From Takakia lepidozioides (lineage: Eukaryota; Plantae; Bryophyta): DNA of 64,000 bases. The first letter of the stretch is position 1. Each line of letters opens with the position of its first letter. Positions 61,958 through 64,000 of the stretch are shown piece by piece. Below the pieces are notes generated by a model. The model was not told the DNA's origin. It ran no database searches and saw only the letters and a program-made list of their open reading frames with translations. The DNA is taken from contig CM060731.1 of assembly GCA_030704615.1 (NCBI GenBank), positions 32,674,001 through 32,738,000 on the forward strand, in the 5' to 3' direction. Both the position numbers and the translations under genes were made by a program.

Positions 61958-64000
61958 TGTCGTGGCCCTTTGCCTTGAGGGCAGGGGGTCGGGGCACATG
62001 AGGGGCTGCCCCTGTGGTGGGGGCAGCGGCAGCGATAGGTATGGGGGGCTGAAGCACCCTTGAGTGCCCAAGGCACTGAAGGAGGCGGAGGCGCTCACTA
62101 GGTGGAGCCCCGCACACCGGGTTGCGGTGGGGGTGGCTCCACAAGGGGTGGTGGTAGCTTAGTGGGACTTAGTGGGGGTGGCATAGGACTCACCATGGGG
62201 GCGGAGACCTCGTGGTGGGAGTCGTGGGGAGTCTTGGGACTCATCACGGTCCATAGGGCCGTGGTGAGTGGGCCAAGACTCACCGCGACTCATCACCGGG
62301 AGTCGAGGGTTTCGTGGTGGTTCACCATAAAATGGCATGGCTGGTTGTGAAACCCCCGCGGACAGCTACAAAAGTATATATAAGGGGAGTAGTGACCCCG
62401 AGAACGGTGCAAGCCCGTTGGTGACCAAAAACTAGTGAGTAAGCGAGCGAGCCGGAAAGCGACCAAAGAGTGGGGAGCTGTTCCGGACTGCCATCTACCA
62501 AAGGGAATTCTCCTAGTCCCAAATAGGTGGAGGGTTAGTGGGAAGCGAAGGGGGACCGTTATGTCCCGGTGAGCAGCCGAAGCTCCAAGTTGGCCCGGGC
62601 GGCCAGGTTGGGAGTCAGGCGCGCGCATCAAAGCGAGTAACTATGACTTGAAAGGGAGCTTACCGAAGTGAGGTGCGCGACACTTGGTATCAGAGCTTAG
62701 AGTTCAGTACGCGATCGTCCTTGGGATTGGCCTCATCATGGGGTCGGGCAAGCCAAAGCGAAAGCGGAACGGCCAAAAAGATGATGATCCTGGTGAGCCC
62801 GATGGGGGCGACGTGTCACCAAAGCGGCCGTTTGAGGAAGCGACGCAGGTTCTGAAAGCGAGGCCGCTCAAGAGCGGGAGGAATCCGAGGAGTCGGAGCC
62901 CGAGGAATCCCTGAGAGCTCCGACTGACCAACAGATGCCTCCCATGCCGGCAGCCTTTTGGGAAGGGTTGTTGGTGCAGTTTGGCGGGACGTTGAAAGAC
63001 GTGTTGAAGGCGGCTAATGCCACTTCCACTAAGGCAAAGTTTAAAGTAAAGCCTAAGGAACCCGGCACCTTCGAGGGCGTCCGAAATCAAAAGGCACTCA
63101 ACACCTGGTTCCTGGAGCTAGAGCAGTACTTTCCGGCGGGCCACCATCCTCGTCACTCAACAATGGTGGCAGAAACGCCTTCACGACCGAGGTCCAAGCC
63201 CGGAAACCTTGAACTGGAGTGGGTTCAAGGAATTGATGAAGAGACAGTTTGTGCCTCTCAACGCGTCCTGGCTTGCCCGGGACAAGATGAGGAATTTGAA
63301 GCAAATAGAAGACATTCGGGGGTATGTCCAGGCTTTCAATGTGCTGTTGCTCGAAGTCGCGGACATGGCAGAACCAGAAATGGTCTTCAACTTTGTGGCG
63401 GGACTGGCTCCATGGGCCAGGCGGAAGTTGGAGGAGAAGCCACCCAAGACTTTGAACGAGGCAATTGAGAGGGCTGAATGTTTCTCGGATGTCCCTAGGG
63501 GTGTGAGACAAGGCCGTACGGAGCTGAACCACAAGAAGACCCGGCGGGAAGGTGACTCCTTCTGACCGGAAAAGAAGTGGGATAGGCCACGCGGCGACAA
63601 TGGCACGTGGAAATCGAAGGGAGGGCCTTCACACGTCAAGGCGGCACCCGGTGCTTCGAAAGGAAAAGCGGGTGGAGCGGCTTATGGCGGACAGAAGGCG
63701 ACCTTTGATGGAGTGTGTTTCAATTGCGGGGAGCCCGGGCACATGGCCAAGAATTGCACGAAACCTCGACAATTGAACATGACTCGGGCAACCACGGAGC
63801 TGTCGGAAGATACCATCAGTCGCTTGGTGGAAGCGGTGGTCGCCAGGACTTGCAAGGTAGGCAACTATTTTTGTGAGTTGTATCAGGAAACTGGCGCCTG
63901 CGTAAAGGGAGTCAGTTATTGTTCGTGGATGGGATAATATCCGGAACTAACGTGTCGTTGTTGGTGGACACAGGAGCGTCGCACTCCTTCATGACGCCGG
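61958..64000 (+). mobile_element. Second copy of the same Gypsy family: complete 5' LTR 61958-62682, PBS 62685-62696, degenerate gag and start of protease; runs off the window
   Basis: LTR TGTCG...CGACA (725 bp), perfect PBS TGGTATCAGAGC, gag highly similar to 53975-55280. Confidence 0.93.

Overview
Eukaryotic land-plant nuclear DNA, with all gene models and alignments made by eye. An inserted mitochondrial fragment appears to carry the moss-type cox1i732 group II intron boundary and unedited codons. This suggests a moss with abundant C-to-U RNA editing, such as a Takakia-like lineage (inference). The region 1-48 kb is gene-rich. It holds a CRM-domain CAF1/2-like splicing factor (- strand, runs off the left edge), a 14-exon ICP55-like Xaa-Pro aminopeptidase (+), a GDSL lipase (-), three paralogous PLS-E-DYW PPR editing factors with intronless CDS (+,-,+), a DnaJ + ferredoxin-domain chaperone (-) and an uncharacterised 7-exon protein with tandem ubiquitin-like domains (-). 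Scattered between and inside these genes are a hAT MITE with a perfect 8-bp TSD, a Harbinger relic split by a tRNA-derived SINE, many 3' tails of one LINE family (one fused to a YchF gene fragment), a 53-bp satellite and an intronic hairpin. The region 48-64 kb is a nested TE block: a decayed Mutator-like element (At4g13970/At1g60560-type SWIM transposase, probable ULP1-protease relic, TGTAACCC arrays containing an ~86-bp cox1 NUMT) interrupted by two related Ty3/Gypsy chromoviruses. The most novel-looking items are the multi-UBL gene, the unedited intron-bearing cox1 NUMT, the MULE architecture, the duplicated PPR 5' leader module and the YchF-LINE chimera.
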